Notes: generated by a model from the sequence alone, not told the origin. A DNA stretch of 64,000 nt from an uncultured Smithella sp. (GCA_964646755.1 CAZYIE010000011.1:4681-68680), one strand, 5' to 3'; counted from the first letter of the stretch, positions 28,146 to 38,266 are shown. A program made the numbers and translations.

Positions 28146-29762
28146 ATGAAAACAGAAAATAAAACTGCGCCGCTGCTGGTTGGTGCCGCACAGTATACCC
28201 AGCCCAAAGATGTTGTTTGCGCCCTGGATCCGCTGGGGCTTATGATCAAAGCCAGCCGTGCAGCATTTGCTGATGCAGGTGCTGGTGGTCTGGCGGCGCT
28301 TGTTGATACGGTATGTGTGGTCAATAGTTTTTCCCGGGATGATGAAAACACTGCTGCCGCATTGGCGGCAGCAGTAGGCATTCGGCCACGGGAGGCCATC
28401 TACTCGGCAATCGGTGGTAATACTCCCCAAAAACTGGTCAACAGGTTTGCCCGTGATATTGCGGCAGGCAGAAGAAGGGGGGTATTAATTTCCGGCGCGG
28501 AAGCCGTTTATGCCATGTACAGAGCATCCCGCGGAACAACAAAACTTGACTGGCCTGATAACATAACCCTTCAGCAGCTCAATACCCATAATCTTCCTAC
28601 TAATTTTGACGCCATGCTCCATCTGGGTTGTGACCACGAAAAGGAAATACTGGAAGCCCGGGGCGATAAGTATGACGAACCCAACAACACGATAGAAAAA
28701 GCCTACGATCTTTTTCTGCCTCAGTATATGTATCCTTTTTTTGAAACCGCTCTGCGGCGTTTCGCCGGGAGAACGCCTGAGGAACACCGCCTCTACATGG
28801 GCAGGCGCTATGAACGCCTTTCCCAGATTGCTTCCGAGAACCCCTATGCCTGGAACCGCAAGTTCCTATCGGCAGATGAGATTACGCTGCCGACAGCACA
28901 CAACCGCTTTGTGGTCTATCCCTACACCCTCCGCATGATGTCCAACATCAATGTTGATCAAGCGGCGGCTCTGATTATGACCAGTGAGAGCGATGCCCGG
29001 GCACTGGGCATTGAATCTTCACGATGGGTTTATCCGATGGGTGGGGCGGAATTGAATAATATCCGGCACGTCACACAAAGGCCGCGGCTTTACGATTCGC
29101 CGGCCATTACGGAAGCATCCCGCTTGGCCCTGCAGCAAGCCGGTTTGTCTCTCGGCGATATTGGAATATTTGACCTTTATAGTTGCTTTCCCTCTGCTGT
29201 GGACATTTCCCGTCAGGCCATCGGAATTGACGAAAATGATTCTCGCGATTTATCGGTAACAGGAGGACTTGCCTATTTTGGTGGTCCCGGGAATAATTAT
29301 TCCCTGCACGCCATCGCTACCGTCATGAGCCATATCCGCCGGGATCGTCGCTTAAAAGCTATGGTAACGGCCAATGGCTGGTACAACTCCAAACATGCCA
29401 TTGGCATCTATGGTGCGGAATCTCCGGCGAACCCCTGGGAGGATGAAGATTATTCGGCAATCCAGAAAGCAATCGATGCCGAAGCTTTACCCGAGCCGGT
29501 TGAACGAGCAGAAGGTCCTTTGACGGTTGAGGCATATTCGATTCGGTATGATGCCGCCGGGCATCCGGAGCGTGTCACCGTTATTGGTAGCCTGCAGAGC
29601 GGTCGCCGGGCACTGGCAGATATTCAAGCCGAGACACACGAACTCAGAAAACTCGAGCAGGTCAAGCTGGTAGGAAAGACAGGTGCAGCAAGATTTAACT
29701 TTGCAGCAGGCAGGAATTCCGTGGTTTTTGATCCTGCCCTGTATCAGTCCATGACGCCATAA
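28146..29762 (+). CDS. thiolase-fold protein fused to a C-terminal OB/DUF35-like domain (538 aa)
   Basis: The first ~420 aa have thiolase-like layout and motifs (..VTGGLAYFGGPGNNYSLHAIA..). The C-terminal ~110 aa (EGPLTVEAYSIRYDAAGHPERVTVIGSLQSGRRALADI..) resembles the OB half of the DUF35 protein at 50165-50584. Confidence 0.6.
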   Translation: MKTENKTAPLLVGAAQYTQPKDVVCALDPLGLMIKASRAAFADAGAGGLAALVDTVCVVNSFSRDDENTAAALAAAVGIRPREAIYSAIGGNTPQKLVNRFARDIAAGRRRGVLISGAEAVYAMYRASRGTTKLDWPDNITLQQLNTHNLPTNFDAMLHLGCDHEKEILEARGDKYDEPNNTIEKAYDLFLPQYMYPFFETALRRFAGRTPEEHRLYMGRRYERLSQIASENPYAWNRKFLSADEITLPTAHNRFVVYPYTLRMMSNINVDQAAALIMTSESDARALGIESSRWVYPMGGAELNNIRHVTQRPRLYDSPAITEASRLALQQAGLSLGDIGIFDLYSCFPSAVDISRQAIGIDENDSRDLSVTGGLAYFGGPGNNYSLHAIATVMSHIRRDRRLKAMVTANGWYNSKHAIGIYGAESPANPWEDEDYSAIQKAIDAEALPEPVERAEGPLTVEAYSIRYDAAGHPERVTVIGSLQSGRRALADIQAETHELRKLEQVKLVGKTGAARFNFAAGRNSVVFDPALYQSMTP

Positions 29763-30237
29763 AGATAATCTAGCTTTCTGAAGAAATATCCGGAGAATCC
29801 AATGGGCAATCCGTTGATTGCTTTGTAGTATATTTTACGCTTCAATCCCGTTTTTTACTGCGAAATATTCCACTTCTTTACGCGAGTTTCAGCGCATACT
29901 TGCCCAATCGCCGGATCAGCATCACCCCGTAATTGAAAAAGTCATTCGTGAAATAATTGCCAAAGCTGTTTTTAAAAAGTTCAATTATATTAATGGGATT
30001 GATGTCGTCAGATTTCTTAAATAATTCTTGACATCAAAGAGATATTAAGGTACTCCACCATTGGTATTATTACCGGCGGTCAAACAATGACCGCTGTTCA
30101 CGAGTTCAAAATTTCCCTTACCATGACGGATAAAAACCCTTTCCCGTCAAAAGGTTTTATCTCTCAGAGGTTTTTCAGCAGATGGACATGAAGCTTATAA
30201 TCACAAGTCTACATCAAATCAATATGAGGAGGTATAT

Positions 30238-32103
30238 ATGAGTAACGGGTTAGTTAATACTAGAGATCAGCAGTTTATCCTCTTTGAACAGCTGGGCATC
30301 GAGAAACTGTTCACAACGGAGAAGTTCAAGGATTTCTCCAAGGATGACGTGTTGATGATGCAGAATGAGGCCGAGAAAATGGCCATCAACGTTATCCTTC
30401 CTACGTACACGGAAGGAGACAAGGAAGGCTGTCACCTGAAAGACGGCAATGTATCGACACCGAAAATTTTCAAGGATGCCTTTAATAAATACAAGGAAGG
30501 CGGATGGTTATGCCCCATGAAGTCGCCCGATGTAGGTGGACAGGGAATGCCGATGATTATGGCTACGGCTTACAGCGAAATGTTTATCGCTGCCAACATC
30601 GCTTTCGTCATGTACGGCGGCCTCACAATCGGCGCAGCCGGGCTGATTGAAAAATTCGGGACGGAAGAGCAGAAGAACAAATATATGTACAAGATGTACT
30701 CCGGTGAATGGTGCGGCACAATGTGTCTGACTGAACCGGGTGCCGGCAGCGATGTCGGGGCGCTGAAAACTGTAGCCAAGAGACTTCCCGACGGAACTTA
30801 CAGCATCTCGGGAACCAAGTGCTTCATCTCCGCCGGAGATCACGATCTGGCGCCGAACATTATTCATCCGGTTCTGGCCAGAATCGAAGGTGATCCTCCC
30901 GGAACGGGCGGTATCTCTATTTTCATTGTTCCGAAGTTTAAGGTCAAGGAAGACGGCAGTCTCGGTAAGCTCAACGACGTCCATACCGGTAACGTAGAAC
31001 ACAAGATGGGACTCAAAGGAAACGCCACCTGTACACTGAACTTTGGTGATGACGGCAAATGTATCGGCGAGCTTCTCGGCAAGGAAAAGGAAGGCATGAA
31101 AGTCATGTTCCACATGATGAACGAAGCCCGTCTGGAAGTCGGTATGCAGGGATTAGGACATGGTACCGCCGCCTACGAGCATGCTGTCCAGTACGCCAAG
31201 GAAAGAATCCAGAGTACGCCAGTCTGGGAAATGAAGAACCCCGACGCCAAGTCCGTTGCCATTATTCAGCATCCGGACGTCCGCAAGGATTTGATGTGGA
31301 TGAAGGCATATGTGGAAGGTATCCGCGCCATGAATTACTTTGCGGCCTACTGTATGGATCTGGCCGAAACAGCGGAAACAAAGGAAGAACATGATAAATG
31401 GCACGGTTTTGTGGAATTACTCACGCCTCTGTGCAAGGCTTTCTCCTCCGACCGCGGATTCGATATTTGTAATAAGGCTATCGATGTATACGGCGGTTAC
31501 GGCTACTGCCAGGAATATCCTGTCGAGCAGTATCTGCGGGACTGCAAAATCGCCTGCATCTATGAAGGAACTAACGGCATCCAGTCTCTGGATCTAGTGG
31601 GAAGAAAACTGGGTCAGCGCAAGGGCGCGAACATGATGGCTATGATGGGAGAAATCGGTGGAACGATCGCCAAAGCAAAGACCTTTGAAGATCTAAAAAA
31701 GTACGCCGTTAAGATGGAAGATTCCTTCAATGCCCTGGTGGACCTGGTAATGACATTGGCTTCGCTTGGAAAGAGTGCCAATTTCCTGGTTCCCATTCTG
31801 AATGCTTCAGCGGTTATGGATATTTTTGGTGACGTCCTGATGGGACATTTTCTTATGCAGGCCGCATGCATCGCCGAGGAAAAGCTGGGCGTAATTTATC
31901 AGGGAGCAGGCGCCGAGGATTCCAAGGGTAAACAGCGCGGGTTGATCCGCGATAACGCCGACGTGGCTTTCTACGCCGGAAAGGTAGCTTCGGCTAAATT
32001 CTTCGCAGCGGAAATTCTCCCGACTGTCAAGGGCCGTTGCGAAGTTATCAAGGCCGCCGACAAGATCACGATTGAAATTGCCGACGAGTCTTTCACAATC
32101 TAA
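30238..32103 (+). CDS. long-form acyl-CoA dehydrogenase (621 aa)
   Basis: Motifs CLTEPGAGSDVGALKT and ACIYEGTNGIQSLDLVGRK. GAGGAGG RBS is present. It is a paralog of the ORF at 10750-12594. Confidence 0.92.
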   Translation: MSNGLVNTRDQQFILFEQLGIEKLFTTEKFKDFSKDDVLMMQNEAEKMAINVILPTYTEGDKEGCHLKDGNVSTPKIFKDAFNKYKEGGWLCPMKSPDVGGQGMPMIMATAYSEMFIAANIAFVMYGGLTIGAAGLIEKFGTEEQKNKYMYKMYSGEWCGTMCLTEPGAGSDVGALKTVAKRLPDGTYSISGTKCFISAGDHDLAPNIIHPVLARIEGDPPGTGGISIFIVPKFKVKEDGSLGKLNDVHTGNVEHKMGLKGNATCTLNFGDDGKCIGELLGKEKEGMKVMFHMMNEARLEVGMQGLGHGTAAYEHAVQYAKERIQSTPVWEMKNPDAKSVAIIQHPDVRKDLMWMKAYVEGIRAMNYFAAYCMDLAETAETKEEHDKWHGFVELLTPLCKAFSSDRGFDICNKAIDVYGGYGYCQEYPVEQYLRDCKIACIYEGTNGIQSLDLVGRKLGQRKGANMMAMMGEIGGTIAKAKTFEDLKKYAVKMEDSFNALVDLVMTLASLGKSANFLVPILNASAVMDIFGDVLMGHFLMQAACIAEEKLGVIYQGAGAEDSKGKQRGLIRDNADVAFYAGKVASAKFFAAEILPTVKGRCEVIKAADKITIEIADESFTI

Positions 32104-32202
32104 TGTTGACAAACAACTTATAACCCGGTGACGGACGTCGATGCGACCTGTCATGGCATACATCGACGCCGCACCGGGGTAATCTCTCTTGAGGAGGAAA
32201 CT

Positions 32203-34623
32203 ATGTCTTATAAAATTAAAAAAGCAGCTGTTCTGGGTGCCGGTGTTATGGGTGCCACCATCGCGGCCCATTTGACCAATGCGGGGATCGAGTGTGTTCT
32301 TCTGGACATTATCCCTTTTGAATTGACGGACGCCGATAAGGCTAAAGGACTGACGGAAAAGAGTCCGGCATGGCGGAACCGTTTTGCCGCCAACGGTCTG
32401 GCCGGGATTATGAAGGCAAAACCCGCCGCATTTTTTACCAAGAAAAACGCATCTATGATCACAATAGGCAATCTGGAAGACAATCTGGGTATGCTGAAAG
32501 ATGTTGACTGGGTATGCGAAGTCGTTATCGAAAACCTGAAAATCAAACAGGAGCTCTTTGCCAAACTGGAAAAAGCATTAAAAAAGGATTGCATTATCTC
32601 CACGAACACATCCGGTATTCCCATTAAGGACGTTTCGGCTAAATTCAGCGCCAATATGAAAGCACATTTTCTGGGCACTCACTTCTTCAATCCGCCCCGT
32701 TACATGAAGCTCCTGGAAGTCATTCCCGGCAAGGAAACGAAGAAAGAGATCGTCGACTATATGGTTACCTTCTGTGAAGAAGTTCTGGGCAAGGGTGTTG
32801 TTGTCTGCAAAGACTCGCCGAACTTTATCGGAAACCGCATCGGTATATTCGATATTTCCAATGTCATCCACCTGATGGTTGAAAAAGACATGAAGATTGA
32901 GGAAATCGACGCCATTTTCGGGAAGGCCATGGGGCGTCCGGGCACGGCCGTTTTCGGCACGATGGACCTTGTCGGTCTTGATACCGGTATCCATGTTATG
33001 AAAAACCTCCATGACGCCGTCCCAGATGACGAAATGAAGGAATGGTTTATACCTACAGACTTCCTGACTGCAATGATGGAAAAGAAGTGGCTTGGCAACA
33101 AGACGAAGCAGGGCTTTTACAAGAAAACAAAAGATGAAAAAGGCAAGAAGGTCAAACTGGTTATCGATTACAAGACACTGGAATACAAACCGGCGCCGAA
33201 GGTACAGTTTGCATCCGTTTCAGCAGCCAACAAGGTTGAAGGCGGTCCGGGTGCCAAGATAAAAGCCCTTTTCAACGGCAAAGATGCTGCCGCCGAATTT
33301 GTCCGCGAATTTCTCTGCAACAATTTCATTTATGCAGCGAACCGGATTCCCGAGATTGCCGAGAGGGTTATGGAAATAGACAACACCATGAAGTGGGGCT
33401 ACAATCAGAAACTCGGTCCCTTCGAAGTATGGGATGCCGTGGGTGTGCGTGAAGCCGTTGAAGTCATGAAGAAGCTCAAGAAAAAAGTGCCCAAGAAGAT
33501 CGAAGAAATGCTGAAAGCCGGTTGCGAATCCTTCTACACCAAGAAGAAGGACGGTCAGTACATCTATGATTTTGCAACCAAGGGCTACGTTAAAGTCGAT
33601 GAAAATCCGAAGATTATTCTTCTGCCCTCCCTGAAAGACCAGAAAAAGGTCGTCAAGGAAAACGCCAGTGCCAGCCTAGTCGATATCGGTGACGGCGTGG
33701 CCTGTCTTGAGTTCCATACGAAGATGAATGCCATCGACGACGGCATGGTCGAGATGATTAAAGCCAGTTGCGATATCGTTGAAAAAGACTTCAAAGGTCT
33801 GGTTGTTGCCAATCACGATGAGCGTGCTTTTTCCGCCGGCGCCAATGTCTTCAAGGTACTCATGGCGATTCAGAAAGGCGAATGGGATTTCGTGGAGAAC
33901 AGCATCTCCGACCTCCAGAACGCCCTCATGAAAATGAAATATCTCTCCAAGCCCACTGTAACTGCTCCTGCGGGCATGGCTCTGGGCGGGGGATGTGAAA
34001 TAGCAATGCACGGTGCACGATGCCAACCCTGCGGCGAGACCTACATCGGTCTTGTTGAAGTGGGTGTCGGCCTCATTCCGGCCGGCGGCGGCTGCAAGGA
34101 AACCGCCTTGCGTCTCACCGAAGGCATTCCGACCGGTGCAGTGGAGGGTGGTCTTAACCTCCAGCATTATTATATCAAGGCCTTCGAGAATATCGCCACG
34201 GCAAAAGTGGCTACCAGCGCGGCGGAAGCCATGGATCTGGGCTATATCCGGAAAACAGAAAACATCAGTCTCGGTCGCGACCAGCAGATTTGGGACGCCA
34301 AACAACTCGTCCTCGGCATGTCGCTGTACTACAAACCGGGACGGCAGGCACTGATTCCCGTTATGGGCGAAAACTTCCGCGGCCTGATTAATGCGGCGCT
34401 TTACAACATGCGTGCCGGCAATTACGTTTCCGACTACGATGTCCATGTATCCAAGAAGATCGCCTACATTATGTCGGGCGGTGACTGTGCGGAAGGAACC
34501 TTTGTAACGGAACAGGAACTTCTGGATCTGGAAAGAGAAGCCTTCCTGAGTCTCGCCGGCGAGCAGAAGACCCAGGATCGTATTATGCACATGTGGACAA
34601 CAGGCAAGCCCCTGCGCAACTAA
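32203..34623 (+). CDS. bifunctional 3-hydroxyacyl-CoA dehydrogenase (N-terminal) / enoyl-CoA hydratase (C-terminal), FadN-type order
   Basis: ATG 32203 follows GAGGAGG. The N-terminus has the Rossmann motif AAVLGAGVMGATIA. The C-terminal half has crotonase-like FSAGANV...ALGGGCEIAM. The product is 806 aa. Confidence 0.9.
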   Translation: MSYKIKKAAVLGAGVMGATIAAHLTNAGIECVLLDIIPFELTDADKAKGLTEKSPAWRNRFAANGLAGIMKAKPAAFFTKKNASMITIGNLEDNLGMLKDVDWVCEVVIENLKIKQELFAKLEKALKKDCIISTNTSGIPIKDVSAKFSANMKAHFLGTHFFNPPRYMKLLEVIPGKETKKEIVDYMVTFCEEVLGKGVVVCKDSPNFIGNRIGIFDISNVIHLMVEKDMKIEEIDAIFGKAMGRPGTAVFGTMDLVGLDTGIHVMKNLHDAVPDDEMKEWFIPTDFLTAMMEKKWLGNKTKQGFYKKTKDEKGKKVKLVIDYKTLEYKPAPKVQFASVSAANKVEGGPGAKIKALFNGKDAAAEFVREFLCNNFIYAANRIPEIAERVMEIDNTMKWGYNQKLGPFEVWDAVGVREAVEVMKKLKKKVPKKIEEMLKAGCESFYTKKKDGQYIYDFATKGYVKVDENPKIILLPSLKDQKKVVKENASASLVDIGDGVACLEFHTKMNAIDDGMVEMIKASCDIVEKDFKGLVVANHDERAFSAGANVFKVLMAIQKGEWDFVENSISDLQNALMKMKYLSKPTVTAPAGMALGGGCEIAMHGARCQPCGETYIGLVEVGVGLIPAGGGCKETALRLTEGIPTGAVEGGLNLQHYYIKAFENIATAKVATSAAEAMDLGYIRKTENISLGRDQQIWDAKQLVLGMSLYYKPGRQALIPVMGENFRGLINAALYNMRAGNYVSDYDVHVSKKIAYIMSGGDCAEGTFVTEQELLDLEREAFLSLAGEQKTQDRIMHMWTTGKPLRN

Positions 34624-34689
34624 TAACCAATAATTGACAGGACGCCGGTTCCGCGGATCCGGCGTCCGTTACATACAAGGAGGAACATC

Positions 34690-35880
34690 ATGAGAGAAGC
34701 TGTCATTGTAGATGCCGTCAGAAGTGCCGGTGGACGTTCAAAAAGAGGCGGTCTCGCTGGAACCAGAGCCGATGAAATCGGGATTCAAGTAATAAAAGGT
34801 CTGCTGGCCAGAGTACCCCAACTGGATCCCGCAGACGTTGACGATGTTATCTGCGGCAATGCCTTCCCGGAAGGTGAACAGGGCATGCAAATGGGAAGGT
34901 GTCTTGCTGTTGGCGCCGGTCTGCCTATAACTACTTCCGGCATGACTATCAACCGTTTCTGCTCTTCGGGCGTGCAGTCCATGGCCGATGCAACGGCCAA
35001 GATCAATATGGGCTGGTCCGATGTCATTATAGCAGGTGGCGTGGAATCAATGTCCCACATCCCTATGGGCGGTTCTATTATGCGTCCCAATGTTGATTGG
35101 CCTGCAGGTGCACCCTGGGTGTATATCTCCATGGGCATGACGGCAGAAAACATCGCTGCCGACTATAAAATTTCGCGGGAAGACATGGACGCCATGGGTA
35201 TGGAAAGCAATCGCCGGGCCTATGAAGCCATCAAGGCCGGGAAGTTCAAGGGGGAGATCATTCCCATTAATGCTTACAAATACAAAACCGCCAAAAACGG
35301 CAAGCGCATCCGGGAAACTTACGTCTTCGATACGGATGACGGCGTAAGATGGCCGGTGACGCTGGCGGATATGGCTAAGCTGAAATCTCCCTTCAAGGCC
35401 GGCGGGAATTGCACGGCCGCCAACTCGTCTCAAACGACGGACGGCGCCGGCTTCGCCCTGATCATGACGGCGGAGAAGGCCAAGGCCATTGGTGTGAAGC
35501 CACTGGCAAAACTAGCCAATTATGCAGTAGCGGGATGCAGGCCCGAGGAAATGGGTGTCGGTCCGAGATACGCTATTCCCAAGGTTCTCAAGCAGGCGGG
35601 ACTGACAACCAAAGACATCGATCTCTTCGAGATCAATGAAGCTTTCGCTTCGCAGGCGCTTTATTCCATCCGCGAGCTTGGCATCGAAGACAGACTTAAG
35701 GCCGGCGATATTAACCCCAACGGGGGCGCCATTGCTCTGGGTCATCCACTGGGAGCATCGGGCGCCAAGCTGACGGCTCAACTGCTTCATGAAATGAAAC
35801 GCCGCAAGTCAAAGCGCGGTATCGTTTCGATGTGTATCGGCGGCGGCATGGGTGCTGCGGCTATTTTTGAGATGCTGTAG
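34690..35880 (+). CDS. fadA: acetyl-CoA C-acyltransferase (3-ketoacyl-CoA thiolase)
   Basis: 396 aa. The nucleophile loop is NRFCSSG. NPNGGAIALGHPLGASG and CIGGGMGAA are also present. Confidence 0.94.
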   Translation: MREAVIVDAVRSAGGRSKRGGLAGTRADEIGIQVIKGLLARVPQLDPADVDDVICGNAFPEGEQGMQMGRCLAVGAGLPITTSGMTINRFCSSGVQSMADATAKINMGWSDVIIAGGVESMSHIPMGGSIMRPNVDWPAGAPWVYISMGMTAENIAADYKISREDMDAMGMESNRRAYEAIKAGKFKGEIIPINAYKYKTAKNGKRIRETYVFDTDDGVRWPVTLADMAKLKSPFKAGGNCTAANSSQTTDGAGFALIMTAEKAKAIGVKPLAKLANYAVAGCRPEEMGVGPRYAIPKVLKQAGLTTKDIDLFEINEAFASQALYSIRELGIEDRLKAGDINPNGGAIALGHPLGASGAKLTAQLLHEMKRRKSKRGIVSMCIGGGMGAAAIFEML

Positions 35881-35917
35881 AAAAGAATATACCAATTTAA
35901 AGCAGAATTATTACAGA

Positions 35918-35957
35918 GGCGGCGGCGCTTTTTAAATAGAGCGTCGCCGTTTTTTTA
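35918..35957. terminator. bidirectional terminator between convergent genes
   Basis: The stem GGCGGCGC / GCGUCGCC contains one G.U pair. It is followed by a T7 run on the plus strand and flanked by an A-run on the other side. Confidence 0.6.
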
Positions 35958-36248
35958 ACTATTATCAATATTTACAAAATCAGGAAGATGAGCGATAAAT
36001 ACCTCGTCCTTGATTGTTTGCAAATACATTCTTCCCTCTCGAGTAATGTGAATAATCCCCTTTAAATTTAAGGCAACGCTTTTTCCGTAGGCCAGATGAT
36101 GCTCGCAGACTCTTTTTAAGAGCGGAATGGACTCATCATCAAGAATGCCGTCCACCTCAATGGTCATGATGTTTTTCTGTAGATCAGCCTCTTTGATGTA
36201 AATCATGGGAACATCTTCTTTCGGATAAATATACTTCTTCGACAACAA
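35955..36248 (-). CDS. small hypothetical protein, weakly STAS-like
   Basis: 97-aa track ORF. An internal ATG at 36206 (MIYIKEADL...) is an alternative start. My hand translation matched the track from the stop up to 36239. I could not reproduce the first three codons, so the start is uncertain. Confidence 0.35.
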   Translation of the reverse strand: MLSKKYIYPKEDVPMIYIKEADLQKNIMTIEVDGILDDESIPLLKRVCEHHLAYGKSVALNLKGIIHITREGRMYLQTIKDEVFIAHLPDFVNIDNS

Positions 36249-36695
36249 GAGGCAATTCCTGTGCCGGACAAATTTTTTATTTCATAAGTTTGCCCGAGCG
36301 CTTTGTGGCGCGCCTCTTTTGCGGGCTGAAAACCAGCGCTGAATAGTTCCTACTATTGAAAATTTAAGGCAATTAAAATCAGAACAAACCTGTAGCAATA
36401 AAATCTTGAAACTTGTATAATTGACAATATCGTGTTACCATGACAATAAAGGGAAGAAAGAGAAACAGCGGAATTGCGCCATATATGGATGATTAAAGAC
36501 AACATATGGTGCAACATGGCGGCACAAAATACAGTAACTGCACAGTGCTTTAACGATTATCCATCTAATATTTCAGGCTTTATATATTTAAATAGGTTGT
36601 GGCATCTGTCTTGCAAAGCCAGAGGCTGTTCTTTGTTAGAATTGTGCTTTACTGTGGTTGTACTTGTTTCAACACAAAAGTGTTAGGAGCTGTCA

Positions 36696-37490
36696 ATGCT
36701 GAAAGTTACAAATCTCGAAACGACCTACAATGATATCATCCTGTCGCTCAAGGGAATTTCCCTTGAAGTTCCACCTGCTAAAATTGTTGCTCTGCTTGGA
36801 GCCAACGGTTCCGGCAAAACTACCACACTCAATACAATTTCCGGGATCCGCAAGACGATTGATCTGGCCGTTGAAGATGGTGTAATCGAATTCGAAGGTC
36901 AGGTTATCAATGAAAAAGAGCCTTACAGTATAGTTTCTCTGGGGATCTCCCAGGTTCCCGAGGGAAGGCGGATTTTTGCTGAGCTGACCGTTGAGGAAAA
37001 TATCATAATCGGTTCCTATGTTCTGGCCGATCGTAAAAAATTCCCCCTTAGTCTGGAGACGGTCTTTGGTTACTTCCCCATTCTGAGAGAACGCCGCCGT
37101 CAGCTTGCCGGTTACCTAAGTGGCGGAGAGCAGCAGATGCTGGCTATTGCCCGGGCCCTGATCGCCGATCCCAAGTTGATCATGCTGGACGAACCGTCCC
37201 TCGGGATTGCTCCTCTTGTCGTAAAAGAAATATTTGAAATCGTCAGCACTATTAATAGAGAAAGAGGTGTGGCCATTTTGCTGGTGGAACAAAACGCCAA
37301 TGTTGCCTTATCGATTGCTCATTATGGTTACATCCTGGAGAACGGCAGAATCGTGATGGAAGGACCGAGCGAAGTATTGCGAGAAAACAGGGATATCAAG
37401 GAATTTTACCTTGGTCTGACGGATGTGGGTACCAAGAAAAGTTTCCGGGACGTTAAACATTACAAGAGAAGGAAAAGATGGCTGTCATGA
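36696..37490 (+). CDS. ABC ATPase (LivF-like) with a basic/aromatic C-terminal tail, cassette B
   Basis: 264 aa. Walker A is GANGSGKTT, the signature is LSGGEQQ and Walker B is IMLDEP. A tail follows EFYLG: LTDVGTKKSFRDVKHYKRRKRWLS. Confidence 0.92.
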   Translation: MLKVTNLETTYNDIILSLKGISLEVPPAKIVALLGANGSGKTTTLNTISGIRKTIDLAVEDGVIEFEGQVINEKEPYSIVSLGISQVPEGRRIFAELTVEENIIIGSYVLADRKKFPLSLETVFGYFPILRERRRQLAGYLSGGEQQMLAIARALIADPKLIMLDEPSLGIAPLVVKEIFEIVSTINRERGVAILLVEQNANVALSIAHYGYILENGRIVMEGPSEVLRENRDIKEFYLGLTDVGTKKSFRDVKHYKRRKRWLS

Positions 37491-38266
37491 ATTCGGATAA
37501 ATCAATGCAACTGGAGATAGCGGATCTTTCCATGAGCTTCGGTGGAATTAAGGCCATTCGGAATGTTTCCATCGGCGTGAAATCAGGGGAAATCTATTCG
37601 ATTATCGGGCCGAACGGGGCCGGCAAGACAACCATTTTCAATTGTATCAGCGGTATCTACAAGGCCCAGCAGGGCAGCATCCGGTTTGAAAATCGGGAGT
37701 TGCTTGGGGTCAAGCCGGACCGGATTGCGCAAATGGGTGTGGCCAGAGCTTTTCAGAACATTGCCCTTTTCAAGGGAATGACCGTTCTGGATAATCTGAT
37801 GTCCGCACGGGTCCATCTCATGAAATATGGACTTTTAGGGGCGGCCCTGTACCTTGGCAAATGCCAGCGGGAGGAGGTTGAAAACCGCGATGCCGTGGAA
37901 GATGTAATTGAGTTTCTTGATTTGCAGTCTGTGCGGAAGTCTCCCGTAAGCAGTTTGTCTTATGGCCTCCAGAAACGGGTGGAGCTGGCGCGCGCCCTGG
38001 CCATGAAACCGAAGATTCTGCTGGTTGACGAACCTGTCAGCGGAATGAATCTCGAAGAGCGCGAAGACATGGCGAGGTACATAATTGATATCAATGAAGA
38101 GATGGATATAACAGTTGTGCTGATCGAACATGACATGGGGCTGGTCATGGACCTGTCCGATCGAGTTACAGTCCTTAATTTCGGCACCAAAATCGCTGAA
38201 GGCACACCCGGAGAAGTGAGTGCGAATCCGGAGGTGGTCAAGGCTTACCTGGGAGATGAACAATGA
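37478..38266 (+). CDS. ABC ATPase (LivG-like), cassette B
   Basis: 262 aa. Walker A is GPNGAGKTT, the signature is LSYGLQK and Walker B is LLVDEP. It overlaps the preceding gene by 13 nt. Confidence 0.93.
   Translation: MAVMNSDKSMQLEIADLSMSFGGIKAIRNVSIGVKSGEIYSIIGPNGAGKTTIFNCISGIYKAQQGSIRFENRELLGVKPDRIAQMGVARAFQNIALFKGMTVLDNLMSARVHLMKYGLLGAALYLGKCQREEVENRDAVEDVIEFLDLQSVRKSPVSSLSYGLQKRVELARALAMKPKILLVDEPVSGMNLEEREDMARYIIDINEEMDITVVLIEHDMGLVMDLSDRVTVLNFGTKIAEGTPGEVSANPEVVKAYLGDEQ

Noticed and set aside
29818-30024. 68-aa TTG-start ORF, plus a ~50-codon minus-strand open frame (..ELFKNSFGNYFTNDFFNYGVMLIRRLGKYALKLA*), in the gap upstream of the fadE-type operon. I considered whether this could be a remnant of a regulator gene.
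   Set aside because: There is no RBS, no credible start on the minus strand and no recognisable HTH or family motif. The evidence is too weak to call a gene or a pseudogene.
36506-36515. The 10-mer CAACATATGG is shared between the cassette B leader (about 36506-36515) and the 45350 hairpin. The related GCAACATGG occurs at about 36520 and 46308.
   Set aside because: A single 10-mer match between two ~400-nt regions is within chance expectation. There is no consistent position relative to genes.
36474-36686. 70-aa ORF in the leader region of cassette B.
   Set aside because: It has a TTG-type start without an RBS, Cys/Trp-rich odd composition and no motif. It is more likely non-coding leader sequence.
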